Below, piece after piece: positions 14,181 to 22,933 of a DNA stretch of 24,000 bases (its first letter is position 1; every line of letters begins with the position of its first letter). The position numbers and the translations under genes were made by a program. The DNA lies in the NCBI GenBank assembly GCA_964456945.1, contig CAYWDA010000015.1:13532-37531 (forward strand), written 5' to 3'. The notes under the pieces are model-generated. The model did not search any database. It was not told the DNA's origin and saw only the letters and a list, made by a program, of their open reading frames with translations. This DNA comes from an uncultured Syntrophomonadaceae bacterium. Its GTDB lineage: Bacteria > Bacillota > Dethiobacteria > DTU022.

Positions 14181-16337
14181 ATGTTAACTTTATCGGCAAT
14201 TTACAGAGTTTCGCTGGCCTTAAAAGGGAAAGAAAGCCGCTCGGAGGTTGATCTAAAGGAGCTGCTTGACGATCTGGTCGGCGCAAAGGATGAATATAAT
14301 GCCCTGAACTCACAGGGCCACCGGATGCTGCTATTAGAGCCTACACGGAAGCGTTTAAATTTGCTCTTTAAGCCCGGGCAGGGTCAGTCATTTCAGCATT
14401 CCATGCTTGATCACTTTTCAGAGATCTTAAAAGAAGGCTTTGACTGGCAGGCTTATTGCGACCGGGATGGGGCGCTTCTGGAAGTTAAGGTGGCACAACA
14501 GCTGCCGCGTGTTGAGTGGCAGCATCTGTTGATCCAACTACAGGAAGCAGATAACCACCAGATCATGGGCGACCCTGAGTTGGAAAACCTGCTCGGCAGA
14601 AGCGGCCGCGGTGGTATGGGGCAAATATCGCGCAGGTTTGCGCGCGGTGACGGTGAAGCAGAGCCCGAGACCAATCTGGAAGAAGCGTTGCAGCAGTTGG
14701 ACGGGCTGGTTGGCCTGGATGAGCTGAAAGCGGAAGTATACCGGGTAGTTGATTTTATCGGCTCGATAAAAGAGAATGGGCAGCAGCTTCCTGCCAGGGA
14801 AGCATACCCTTTTCACTATATTTGCACGACAGATGGGGTTGGAGTTGGTCTGAGCAGTGCGCTGAAGCTGATGGCCGCCATATTCTATCATTTAGAGATC
14901 TGCCCGCTCTATGGCTGCATCGAAGAGCGGGTTGATAAAGAAAATGGCTACCTGATAGATCACCGTTTTGATGAAAACGGTATTTGCGCTGCAGTTGGCG
15001 CTGATCTGCTTGAAGAAAGTGAACTGGAAGAGTTGATTGACAAACTGGTCGGAGAGTTTCGGGACCAGGTGGTAGTTCTTGTCCTTGATGCAGGTCAGAA
15101 GCGGGCCCTGGCTAAACTGCAGCATAAGCTGAAGCAGCAGGGAGTGCCTTTCCGCCGCCTGCACCTGCCCGCTTATAGTGAGCCGCAAATGGTTGAGATC
15201 TTTAAACGAATTCTTAAACCATACGGCTGCCAGCTTGATCTAGAGGGTGAGAAACTGTTTAAAGCGGTGCTGGGGCAGATGCGGGAAGATAATAGCGTTT
15301 GCGGGGCACGCACCTTAAAAGATATCGCCTGCCGCATGGCTCTTGAGGTTCTCAGTAAGCCCCGTTTAAGCGCTGCTGGTAAGGGCAAAGAATTAAAGGG
15401 CGAGGCTATTAATCGTTTTCTGCGTGCTTTGCCGCTGGAGGAATCTGATGCTAATGGCGGTTCGCCGGGCGCGGAACCTCTGGGCGAGTTAGATAAACTG
15501 GTTGGACTAAGCGCTGTAAAAGATCGCATAAGGGAGATTCTCGCTCATTTTGTGATGGAAAAGAAGAAAGCCGATCTAGGCATCAGAGGCGAAAGGCTTT
15601 GCATGCATATGCTCTTCACAGGCAACCCGGGCAGTGGTAAAACAACGGTTGCCCGTATTGTCGGCCAGGTTCTTAAGGCAGAAGGTTTACTGGAAAAGGG
15701 TGATCTTGTTGAAGTGAGCCGTGAGGATCTTGTGGCGCTCTATATCGGCCACACCGCGATTAAGACCGCTTCAGTGATCGAAAAAAGTCTCGGTTCGGTA
15801 CTCTTTATTGATGAGGCATACGCCTTAAATGGTGGTTCCGAGAGGGATTTTGGCCAGGAAGCGCTGGCGACCCTGGTTAAGAAAATGGAAGAGCATAAAG
15901 ATGAGCTGGTGGTGATCATGGCTGGCTACACCGATGAGATGGAAAAGATGATTGCCTTAAACCCCGGCCTGACCAGCAGGGTGCCGCATAAAATTGAATT
16001 TCCCGATTACAGCGGTGAAGAGCTTTATGCGATTTTCGGTCAACAGCTTGGTGAAGATTACCGGATTTCTGCAGAGGCAGTCGAAAAATTACAGCAACTA
16101 TTCGTCAAGGCAGCCACCAGCGCCGATAAACGGGGCGGAAATGGTCGTTTTGTGAGGAATGTAGCCGAACGTTTAAAGATGAAGCAGGGCATCAGGCTTT
16201 TGAAGCATGCCGGCGCAGGCAGGGAAGAACTGCTGCAGATTATTGTTGAAGATGTTGAAAATCTGCTGAAGGATAATGATATCAGCCGTGTGCTGCGCGG
16301 CGGGGCCAAACATGCAATCGGTTTCGGCCAGGATTAA
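14181..16337 (+). CDS. AAA+ ATPase of the SpoVK/CbbX family with a long N-terminal region that includes a degenerate second AAA-like module
   Basis: The C-terminal module has [14 protein letters not shown], Walker [16 protein letters not shown], Walker [11 protein letters not shown], then [11 protein letters not shown] and [17 protein letters not shown], the canonical SpoVK/CbbX pattern. ATG 14181 is preceded by GGGGGTGA; the track starts at GTG 14151. Confidence 0.85.
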   Translation: MLTLSAIYRVSLALKGKESRSEVDLKELLDDLVGAKDEYNALNSQGHRMLLLEPTRKRLNLLFKPGQGQSFQHSMLDHFSEILKEGFDWQAYCDRDGALLEVKVAQQLPRVEWQHLLIQLQEADNHQIMGDPELENLLGRSGRGGMGQISRRFARGDGEAEPETNLEEALQQLDGLVGLDELKAEVYRVVDFIGSIKENGQQLPAREAYPFHYICTTDGVGVGLSSALKLMAAIFYHLEICPLYGCIEERVDKENGYLIDHRFDENGICAAVGADLLEESELEELIDKLVGEFRDQVVVLVLDAGQKRALAKLQHKLKQQGVPFRRLHLPAYSEPQMVEIFKRILKPYGCQLDLEGEKLFKAVLGQMREDNSVCGARTLKDIACRMALEVLSKPRLSAAGKGKELKGEAINRFLRALPLEESDANGGSPGAEPLGELDKLVGLSAVKDRIREILAHFVMEKKKADLGIRGERLCMHMLFTGNPGSGKTTVARIVGQVLKAEGLLEKGDLVEVSREDLVALYIGHTAIKTASVIEKSLGSVLFIDEAYALNGGSERDFGQEALATLVKKMEEHKDELVVIMAGYTDEMEKMIALNPGLTSRVPHKIEFPDYSGEELYAIFGQQLGEDYRISAEAVEKLQQLFVKAATSADKRGGNGRFVRNVAERLKMKQGIRLLKHAGAGREELLQIIVEDVENLLKDNDISRVLRGGAKHAIGFGQD

Positions 16338-17269
16338 CGTTCTTCCGCATCAAAGAGGCCGCTGCTCAGGTAGCGCTCACCGGTGCTTGGCATGATTACA
16401 ACGATCAGTTTGCCGGCGTTTTCCGGACGGGCGGCAGCTTTTAAGGCGGCAAATGTCGCCGCGCCTGACGATATGCCAACAAAAATACCCTCTTCTTTTG
16501 CCAGGCGGCGGGCAGTTTTGGCGGCATCTTCATCATCTACCTGGATGATTTCATCAATAAGGGTAACATCTAAAACGTCTGGTACGAACCCGGCGCCGAT
16601 TCCCTGGATCTTATGCGGACCCTTCTCGCCGCCGGATAAAACCGGCGAACGGGTAGGTTCAACAGCGATTGCTTTAAACTGCGGTTTCCTCTGTTTAAGA
16701 ACCTGTGTAACACCGGTGATTGTTCCGCCGGTTCCAACGCCTGCCACCAGTATATCTATAGCTCCGTCAGTGTCAGCCCATACTTCTTCAGCAGTGGTAG
16801 CACGGTGAGCTGCCGGGTTGGCAGGGTTTTTAAACTGCTGCGGCATAAAGTAATTCTTGTTTTCTGCTATAAGTTTTTCGGCCTGCCTGATTGCCCCATT
16901 CATTCCTTCTGCCCCAGGGGTTAGAATAAGTTCTGCACCTAAGGCTTTAAGCAGTTGCCGACGTTCAACAGACATGGTGTCCGGCATGGTCAGTATCAAA
17001 CTGTAACCCCTGGCGGCGCTGACAAAGGCCAGGCCGATACCGGTATTACCACTTGTCGGCTCAACAATAACAGTATCCGGGCCGATTAACCCCGCTTTTT
17101 CAGCCTCATCGATCATGTTAACGGCAATGCGATCTTTAACGCTGCCGAGCGGGTTCTGTGATTCGAGTTTGACCGCTACTACTGCCGGCAAACCTTTTGT
17201 CAGCCTGTTTAATCTGATCAGGGGTGTATTGCCCACTACTTTTGTGATATCGCTATAAATTTTTCCCAT
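16334..17269 (-). CDS. cysK: cysteine synthase A (O-acetylserine sulfhydrylase)
   Basis: [11 protein letters not shown]...[16 protein letters not shown] (PLP lysine), [11 protein letters not shown] and [10 protein letters not shown] are the classical CysK motifs. 311 aa. Confidence 0.92.
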   Translation of the reverse strand: MGKIYSDITKVVGNTPLIRLNRLTKGLPAVVAVKLESQNPLGSVKDRIAVNMIDEAEKAGLIGPDTVIVEPTSGNTGIGLAFVSAARGYSLILTMPDTMSVERRQLLKALGAELILTPGAEGMNGAIRQAEKLIAENKNYFMPQQFKNPANPAAHRATTAEEVWADTDGAIDILVAGVGTGGTITGVTQVLKQRKPQFKAIAVEPTRSPVLSGGEKGPHKIQGIGAGFVPDVLDVTLIDEIIQVDDEDAAKTARRLAKEEGIFVGISSGAATFAALKAAARPENAGKLIVVIMPSTGERYLSSGLFDAEER

Positions 17270-17293
17270 CGTAATGCCTTCCCCCTTCTAAGA

Positions 17294-18244
17294 TTATGAT
17301 TGCCAGGGCAGATGATCTAAGTCTACGTTGCCACCGGATATAATTATGCCAATGCGCAGCCCTTCAAAGCTAATTTTACTTTCCAAGAGCATTCCGATTG
17401 GAACAGCCGCGGACGGTTCAATAATCAACTTGGTTCTCTCCCAGGTAAAGCGCATTGCTTCAATAATTGCTGCTTCACTGACGGTGATAATCTGTTCAAC
17501 CTGTTTTTGAATGATCGGAAAGGTCAGATCGCCAAGTGATGTTAGCAGGCCGTCAGCGATGGTCTGCGGGTTAACTGAAGGGATGATTCTTCCTGCTTGC
17601 AGAGACCGACAGGCATCGTCAGCCAATTCAGGTTCAGCGGCAATGGTACGAATTTTTGCAGATAGCCCGGTAGCGGCGATAGCTGTGCCGCTGAGCAGAC
17701 CGCCCCCGCCCACGGGGGCAATTACCAGATCAAGATCCGCTATCTCTTCCACCAATTCAAGGGCAGCGGTGCCCTGCCCGCTGATCACCCGGTAATCGTC
17801 GTAAGGGTGAACTATGGCGGCTCCGGTCTGCCCGACAATCTTAGCCAGGGTAACTTCACGTGCGGCGAGCGTTGGCTCGCAGAAAGTGATCTGCCCGCCG
17901 TAGCTGGCTACAGCCGCTTTTTTAACTGCGGGGGCGTTATTCGGCATTACTATAAAGGCTGGAATTCCGCGCAGGCCGGCGGCTAAGGCCAGGGCCTGCG
18001 CATGGTTGCCCGAGGAATGAGTTGCTACACCAGCCTTTGCTTCTTCGCTAGAAAGTGAAAAAACAGCATTGCAGGCGCCGCGAAATTTAAAAGCGCCCAC
18101 CCGCTGCAGGTTTTCGCATTTAAGAAACACCTGCGCCCCTGTTCTGTTGTTTAAAGCGGTGCAGGTAGCCACAGGTGTCCGGTGGGCGTAAGGCGCAATC
18201 CGCGCAGCAGCCTGGCGAATCTCAGTTAAGGTTGGTATGGGCAT
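17294..18244 (-). CDS. PLP-dependent serine/threonine dehydratase family enzyme (serine-racemase / hydroxyaspartate-dehydratase-like)
   Basis: FLKCENLQRVGAFKFRGACN (PLP lysine), HSSGNHAQALA and APVGGGGLLSG. At 316 aa it has no ACT regulatory domain. It lies 24 nt upstream of cysK on the same strand. Confidence 0.85.
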   Translation of the reverse strand: MPIPTLTEIRQAAARIAPYAHRTPVATCTALNNRTGAQVFLKCENLQRVGAFKFRGACNAVFSLSSEEAKAGVATHSSGNHAQALALAAGLRGIPAFIVMPNNAPAVKKAAVASYGGQITFCEPTLAAREVTLAKIVGQTGAAIVHPYDDYRVISGQGTAALELVEEIADLDLVIAPVGGGGLLSGTAIAATGLSAKIRTIAAEPELADDACRSLQAGRIIPSVNPQTIADGLLTSLGDLTFPIIQKQVEQIITVSEAAIIEAMRFTWERTKLIIEPSAAVPIGMLLESKISFEGLRIGIIISGGNVDLDHLPWQS

Positions 18245-18273
18245 TATTTCTCCTCGAGACCGTTTTGTTTGCC

Positions 18274-18302
18274 ATTTTATAGTTCGCCGTATTCTAGGTC
18301 AA
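18274..18302 (-). promoter_or_regulatory. candidate sigma-A promoter of the dehydratase-cysK operon
   Basis: On the minus strand: TTGACC (18302-18297), a 17-nt spacer, then TAAAAT (18279-18274). This leaves a leader of about 25 nt before ATG 18244, which is too short for a riboswitch or T-box. Confidence 0.4.
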
Positions 18303-18441
18303 AACCTTCTGCTGCACTGCGCATAGATTAGTGGTGGTGAATGTGCGGTTCTAAGCAGGACGATTTACCAGATATGCAGGAAATCTCCAATTAATCGCGA
18401 AAGCTGTAAGCATTGATTTCCAAGAGGCAGGAGGAATCGCT

Positions 18442-19551
18442 GTGCCCGCTAAATCGCCGCGCTGCAATCACCCTGAAGCGATTGCCAACATACTGGTTCG
18501 CATTTTGGAAAAAACCCCGCTCGGGGGGGCAACAATTGAAGATCTTGAAGAAGCTTACGAAGAGGTCAAAGGAACCTACCCTTCGCGCAAGACCATCTAC
18601 CGCGCTCTTGAGCGGTTGGAGCTTTTGTTTGACCCGCTGGCCAGGGGTGAGAACCCCGAAGAAGGCGAAGAACCTGATAATGAGCGTTCTACCTGGCTTG
18701 ACGATGATCTACCCGGTCCCCTGGTTGGCATAAAAAGAGTTAAAAGAAATCGTAAAACTTACTATGTTTTTGAAGGGCAAATGGCCGCGCCCGCCTTTAA
18801 CATCAATGAATCGCTTCACGCGGCGCTAAGCCTTTACCCGCAGTATCGCGGCATGCTGAAAGACGCCTACCACAAGATTATGCGTAAACTGCTGGCCGAG
18901 AGTTTAGCGGGTGTTAGTATCTATAACCTGCTGATCAACGAAATCGAAAATCATGTTCATGTCGCTGAACCGGTTCCGGCCGACCCGAAAAAATTTACCC
19001 ATCTGATCAGTGAAATATTTACTGCCCTGCGGCATAAAAACAGGATTAAAATTAAATATTTACGCACTTATGATGGAGTGGAAACCGAGCGGATTGTCGA
19101 GCCTTATGGTTTGCTCAACCGCTTCAACAATTTCTACCTGACCGGTTACTGCCTGAAGAGTGAAGCGAACCGCATCTTTCATGTCGTCCATATCAGGGAG
19201 CTAACCATTATCGAGAATTCTCACTTCCGAATGCCTTCCAGTTATTCGCTGAAACGCGCTTACAGCCAGGCCTGGGCAACCTGGACCTCTGAAGGCAATG
19301 TTGCCCTGGAAGATGTGCGTATCAGGGTCTGCTGCGGCACTGCTGAACGCTTCCGGGTGATCAATTTTCATGAGTCGCAGAAAGTCAGAGAGCTTGAAAA
19401 AGGGGAAATTGAGATTACCTTTCGCCTGACCGGCGCCAGCGAGATGGTCCCCTGGATCGCCAGCTGGGGTCCTGACCTGAAAGTCCTGGAACCCTTATGG
19501 CTGCGCGATGCAGTGGTTGCCTATCTGCAAAAGGCGTTGGACGGGTATTGA
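18442..19551 (+). CDS. WYL-domain transcriptional regulator (N-terminal wHTH, WYL, C-terminal WCX-like)
   Basis: wHTH-like N-terminus (ILVRILEKTP...GATIEDLEEAY...SRKTIYRALERLE). WYL-domain pattern IKIKYLRTYDGVETERIVEPYGLLNRFNNFYLTGYCLKSEANRIFHVVHIRELTI. GTG start with AGGAGG 6 nt upstream. Confidence 0.8.
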   Translation: MPAKSPRCNHPEAIANILVRILEKTPLGGATIEDLEEAYEEVKGTYPSRKTIYRALERLELLFDPLARGENPEEGEEPDNERSTWLDDDLPGPLVGIKRVKRNRKTYYVFEGQMAAPAFNINESLHAALSLYPQYRGMLKDAYHKIMRKLLAESLAGVSIYNLLINEIENHVHVAEPVPADPKKFTHLISEIFTALRHKNRIKIKYLRTYDGVETERIVEPYGLLNRFNNFYLTGYCLKSEANRIFHVVHIRELTIIENSHFRMPSSYSLKRAYSQAWATWTSEGNVALEDVRIRVCCGTAERFRVINFHESQKVRELEKGEIEITFRLTGASEMVPWIASWGPDLKVLEPLWLRDAVVAYLQKALDGY

Positions 19552-19591
19552 GATAGGCACTCCCGCTGTATAAAATTTGAGGATCGGTTAG

Positions 19592-20887
19592 CTACTTAAT
19601 TGCAATATATCTTCTGCTTTTGCCTCCACCCACAGCCTGGAGAATTGCTTTGCTTACAAGACTTTTGATGATACGGCCGGACATAGTTTGAGAAACCTTC
19701 AGAGCTTTCTCCACATCTTTTCGTGAAATTTCCTTTTCCCGCGCCGCCAGATTTATAACAATCTGTTCCTTTTCGGATAATAGATTCTGTACATTTTCTA
19801 TATTCTTATTGGGCAGGGTGGTTTTAAACGCATTTCCTGATGCCTCGAAGTTGGGTTTTTTAGGATAATCGTCATAACTTCTCAGTATCTTCGGCACACC
19901 CGTTCCATAGGCTTCAATAAGTGTCAACCGATAAAAGATATGTGCCAAATTTTCGTTACGCGTCATTGAAACTCCGAGCATCATATCATCAATCGAGATC
20001 CCCTTGACCAAGCCACCAACAGAAATAAACTCAATCCTATCATTAAAAATACTGATCAAAGTGCTTGCGCTGTATCCGTAATCCCTGTGCACAATTGAAT
20101 TAAGCAGAGCTTCCCTCAATGCTTCTTCTGGGTAGTCTCTTTTGTCTACCCTGTGCAGCCCTGTGTATTCTGCCCGAATCTTATTATACTGTGAAATGTA
20201 TTCAAATGCCTCGTTAAGTTGCTTTAGGAGGGATCCATCAAACTCACGCCTGTCCATGAATACTGTTTTCGTTGTTCCATCGAAGACAGCAGCTTTAATG
20301 GTGTGCACACACTGGTCCGATAGCAATAGTCCGAGATTTGTATAGATACTGTCTGCATTTACAATCTTAAGGGTTTTATACTGGCTTCCCCCGAAAGGAA
20401 CCTTTCTCTCGCGGAATTCCTTGTTTGCAGCATCAAAGGTTAAATTCTGATTGAGTGAACGCATATTCTCAAAGCTATCTCCATCTGTTTCCTTAATCAT
20501 CCTTCGTATGGTGTTTTCAGTAGCGGGGACAGAAGATGAGCCCTGACGGACAAACACACCTTCCGGGCGCAAGCCTTTAACTGAAAGATAGTATGGGCTT
20601 TCCGTGCCTTTATCTACTACGATCTTAATAACGGATTTTCCGTCGATTTTCTCACTATTGCAAGACACAAATAAAGTTATGTCAGGTTTAATGGCATCGC
20701 GGATCATATTGGATATCTTTAGCATTTCCCCGTCTACATCTGTTACCCCAATAATCTCGCCGTTATTTTCGATCCCTACATATATCGTCCCACCATCTGT
20801 ATTTGCAAAAGCTATAACTGTTTTCCGAATATCATCGACTACCTGCCGTTTTAATTCAAGCGTCAAACCTTCTGTTAAGTTCACCAC
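19592..20887 (-). CDS. AlbA_2 (Schlafen-type divergent-AAA) / HATPase_c_4 / C-terminal wHTH protein, often annotated RecG-like putative transcriptional regulator
   Basis: N-terminal EGLTLELKRQVVDDIRKTVIAFANTDGGTIYVGIENNGEIIGV is the AlbA_2 signature. The middle region EALREALLNSIVHRDY...YGTGVPKI fits the HATPase_c_4-type domain. The C-terminal LSEKEQIVINLAAREKEISRKDVEKALKVSQTMSGRIIKSLVSKAIL is wHTH-like. GTG start. G+C is markedly lower than in the neighbours. Confidence 0.8.
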   Translation of the reverse strand: MVNLTEGLTLELKRQVVDDIRKTVIAFANTDGGTIYVGIENNGEIIGVTDVDGEMLKISNMIRDAIKPDITLFVSCNSEKIDGKSVIKIVVDKGTESPYYLSVKGLRPEGVFVRQGSSSVPATENTIRRMIKETDGDSFENMRSLNQNLTFDAANKEFRERKVPFGGSQYKTLKIVNADSIYTNLGLLLSDQCVHTIKAAVFDGTTKTVFMDRREFDGSLLKQLNEAFEYISQYNKIRAEYTGLHRVDKRDYPEEALREALLNSIVHRDYGYSASTLISIFNDRIEFISVGGLVKGISIDDMMLGVSMTRNENLAHIFYRLTLIEAYGTGVPKILRSYDDYPKKPNFEASGNAFKTTLPNKNIENVQNLLSEKEQIVINLAAREKEISRKDVEKALKVSQTMSGRIIKSLVSKAILQAVGGGKSRRYIAIK

Positions 20888-20902
20888 ATCACTTCCCCTG
20901 TT

Positions 20903-20962
20903 CTATTCTAACACTTATACTAACCTATTCTAACCATTCTTGTCAATAAAATGTGTTAGAAT
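20903..20962 (-). promoter_or_regulatory. promoter plus repeat (operator-like) array upstream of the AlbA_2 gene
   Basis: On the minus strand: TTGACA (20946-20941), an 18-nt spacer, then TAGTAT (20922-20917). On the plus strand there are direct repeats tattctaac (20904-20912), tatactaac (20916-24) and tattctaac (20926-34), about 11 bp apart. An inverted copy gtgttagaat (20953-20962) is the exact reverse complement of attctaacac (20905-20914). Confidence 0.45.
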
Positions 20963-21023
20963 GGTCTGCTAGGGGAAAGAGGTTAATTTTATATAAGCAG
21001 AAAGCTCTTTGGTCGCAGCCAGT

Positions 21024-22328
21024 TCAGTCGATCATGCCGGGCAGAAAAAGGGCAATCTGCGGGAAGATAAATAGGATTATAATGCAGGCAATGATCGCCA
21101 GCAGGTACCAGCTTACCCCCCTGAATATCTCCATGACCGGTGTTTCCCGGTCTACCCCGGCTACAACATAAACATTGGCGCCAACCGGCGGTGTGATTAC
21201 CCCCATGCCCAGCGCCAGCACAATAATTACGCCAAACCAGATCGGATCGTAACCGAGTTCTACTGCCACCGGATAAAAGATAGGTACGGTCAGCAGGATT
21301 AGAGCCAGCGCATCAATAAAACAGCCAAGGATGAGATAGATGAAGAGGATGATGGCCATAATGGCTACAGGCGGCAGGGGCAGTTCAACTGCCCAGTTGG
21401 CTAACCCTGCCGGCAGGCCGGTGATGGCCAGAAAACGGCCGTAAACTGATGCTGCGGCAACCAGAAACATGATCATCGCCGATATGCGTACCGAGTCGTT
21501 GAGCGAGTTGACAAAGCCCTGCCAGGTCAACTGGCGCCGGGCCAGGGCAACCACTAATGTGGCAAAGACACCAACTGCACCGGCTTCTGTCGGAGTAAAA
21601 TAACCGGCAAATAGCCCGCCCATTACGGCAATAAAGATAAAGACCACTTCAACGCCTTCACTCATCACTGCCTTTAGTTTTTCTCCCCAGGGAACCCGGG
21701 GCCCTGCCGGCGCTAATGCAGGGTTATGCACTGCCTGCAGATAGGCAGCCAGCATAAAGAGAGCCATTAGCAGAAGGCCCGGAAAGATGCCGGCCAGGAA
21801 AAGCTTACGGATTGACTCCTGGGCAGAAATTCCGTATAGAATAAAAATTACGCTGGGTGGGATCATTACCCCCAGTATTGCAGCAGCAGCAATAGTCGCA
21901 GTTGATAGTGAACGGTTATAGTTATATTTTTTCATTTCCGGCAGGGCCACAGAACTCATCGTTGCTGCCGTGGCCGTAGTTGAACCGCAGATGGCTCCGA
22001 ATGCCGCGCAGGCAGCAATAGTGGCCAGGGCCAGGCCTGCTTTCAGGCTGCCCATAACCTTGTAAGTTGCTTCGTAGATGCGTGAACTGATACCGGAATA
22101 GTAAGCGATATAGCCCATCCAGACAAACATGGGAATAACAATCAGCGAGTAGGACGCAAAGGTGTTGTAGATTGTCTGGGAAGTAATGGAGAACATTGCG
22201 GCAGGGGTTCTGATTAGAGCAAAGCCGGACATACCCACCACGAGCATTACATAGGCTACCGGCATACGCGCAAAGAGAAGAACGAAGATGAAGATAATTG
22301 ATAAAAGGCCGATTTGAATTGGAGTCAA
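21024..22328 (-). CDS. dctM: TRAP transporter large permease subunit (DctM family)
   Basis: 434 aa and polytopic, with typical DctM blocks (GSLKAGLALATIAACAAFGAICGSTTATAATM, PPSVIFILYG, FFTPTEAGAVGV). TTG start with a GGAGGG SD. It overlaps the dctQ stop by 4 nt (TTGA). Confidence 0.9.
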   Translation of the reverse strand: MTPIQIGLLSIIFIFVLLFARMPVAYVMLVVGMSGFALIRTPAAMFSITSQTIYNTFASYSLIVIPMFVWMGYIAYYSGISSRIYEATYKVMGSLKAGLALATIAACAAFGAICGSTTATAATMSSVALPEMKKYNYNRSLSTATIAAAAILGVMIPPSVIFILYGISAQESIRKLFLAGIFPGLLLMALFMLAAYLQAVHNPALAPAGPRVPWGEKLKAVMSEGVEVVFIFIAVMGGLFAGYFTPTEAGAVGVFATLVVALARRQLTWQGFVNSLNDSVRISAMIMFLVAAASVYGRFLAITGLPAGLANWAVELPLPPVAIMAIILFIYLILGCFIDALALILLTVPIFYPVAVELGYDPIWFGVIIVLALGMGVITPPVGANVYVVAGVDRETPVMEIFRGVSWYLLAIIACIIILFIFPQIALFLPGMID

Positions 22329-22825
22329 GCGCTTTCCCTCCCCTGCAGAACGGTAGAAACTGCCTTGATAAGATCTACCAGGAGGACGAGCGCCAGCATA
22401 ATGAAGCCGAAAGCAACCAGGTAGATTGAAGGGGCAATTGGAATTTTCAGGTGGCCGGTCTCATAACCCCGCCCCATCATGTTTATGGCGTAGAATAACA
22501 GCTCACGCGCCAGCAGGTATGAAAAGTAAAGGGAGATAAGGCTGACAACTATATTGATCAGGCCCTGAACACGTGGCGAAAACCGTTCTACCAGCACCCC
22601 GACCATGATGTGACTTTTCATGATGGCAGTGTAAGCAACACCAAGAGCAAGCAGCACAGCTCCGGCCATCTCTACAAGTTCTACTGTTCCGCCGATCGGT
22701 TTCCAGGGAATCCTTAAGATAACGTTAGCGACGATGATAACCATGGCGAAAACCAGCGCTGCCTGGGCCAGCTGGGCTGTTCGCCAGGTAAGAATGTGCA
22801 CAAATCTGGTGAAAAGACTAATCAA
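22325..22825 (-). CDS. dctQ: TRAP transporter small permease subunit (DctQ family)
   Basis: A 166-aa protein with 4 TM helices, immediately upstream of and translationally coupled to dctM. TTG start with GGGAGG 7 nt upstream. Confidence 0.8.
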   Translation of the reverse strand: MISLFTRFVHILTWRTAQLAQAALVFAMVIIVANVILRIPWKPIGGTVELVEMAGAVLLALGVAYTAIMKSHIMVGVLVERFSPRVQGLINIVVSLISLYFSYLLARELLFYAINMMGRGYETGHLKIPIAPSIYLVAFGFIMLALVLLVDLIKAVSTVLQGRESA

Positions 22826-22866
22826 AAATATTCCTCCCTTTAGTACCGAAGACAGTGTAATTGTAG

Positions 22867-22927
22867 GCCGGAGGGGGCATTATTTTCACAAGGGTATAAA
22901 ACCGGCTGAAAAACAGCCCTCTCCGGC
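22867..22927 (-). other. structured dctP-dctQ intergenic element (long-range stem)
   Basis: gccggagggggc (22867-22878) pairs with gccctctccggc (22916-22927) at 11 of 12 positions. This encloses an inner hairpin ggctg-aaaaa-cagcc. No U-tract follows on the transcribed strand. Confidence 0.4.
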
Positions 22928-22933
22928 AGTAAT

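Noticed and set aside
14453-16309. Five minus-strand ORFs inside the AAA+ gene (14453..14674, 14538..14891, 14892..15188, 15173..15529, 16058..16309)
   Set aside because: They are antisense to a gene with unambiguous SpoVK/CbbX motifs, and none has an SD or a recognisable domain.
16383-17795. Plus-strand ORFs 16383..16808, 17328..17510 and 17511..17795
   Set aside because: They are antisense to cysK and the PLP-dependent dehydratase. Their Ala/Pro/Ser-rich translations are typical of GC-rich antisense frames.
18245-18441. A possible riboswitch or T-box leader upstream of the dehydratase-cysK operon
   Set aside because: The best promoter candidate leaves only a leader of about 25 nt, and I could find no S-box, T-box or other conserved RNA motifs on the minus strand.
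18413-18733. 106-aa plus-strand ORF overlapping the start of the WYL regulator gene
   Set aside because: It is in a different frame from the WYL gene. The WYL gene has the strong AGGAGG SD and continues for 369 aa with recognisable domains.
19552-21023. Calling the low-GC region a mobile element or genomic island
   Set aside because: No integrase, transposase, tRNA attachment site or flanking direct repeats are visible. Only the compositional anomaly is reported.
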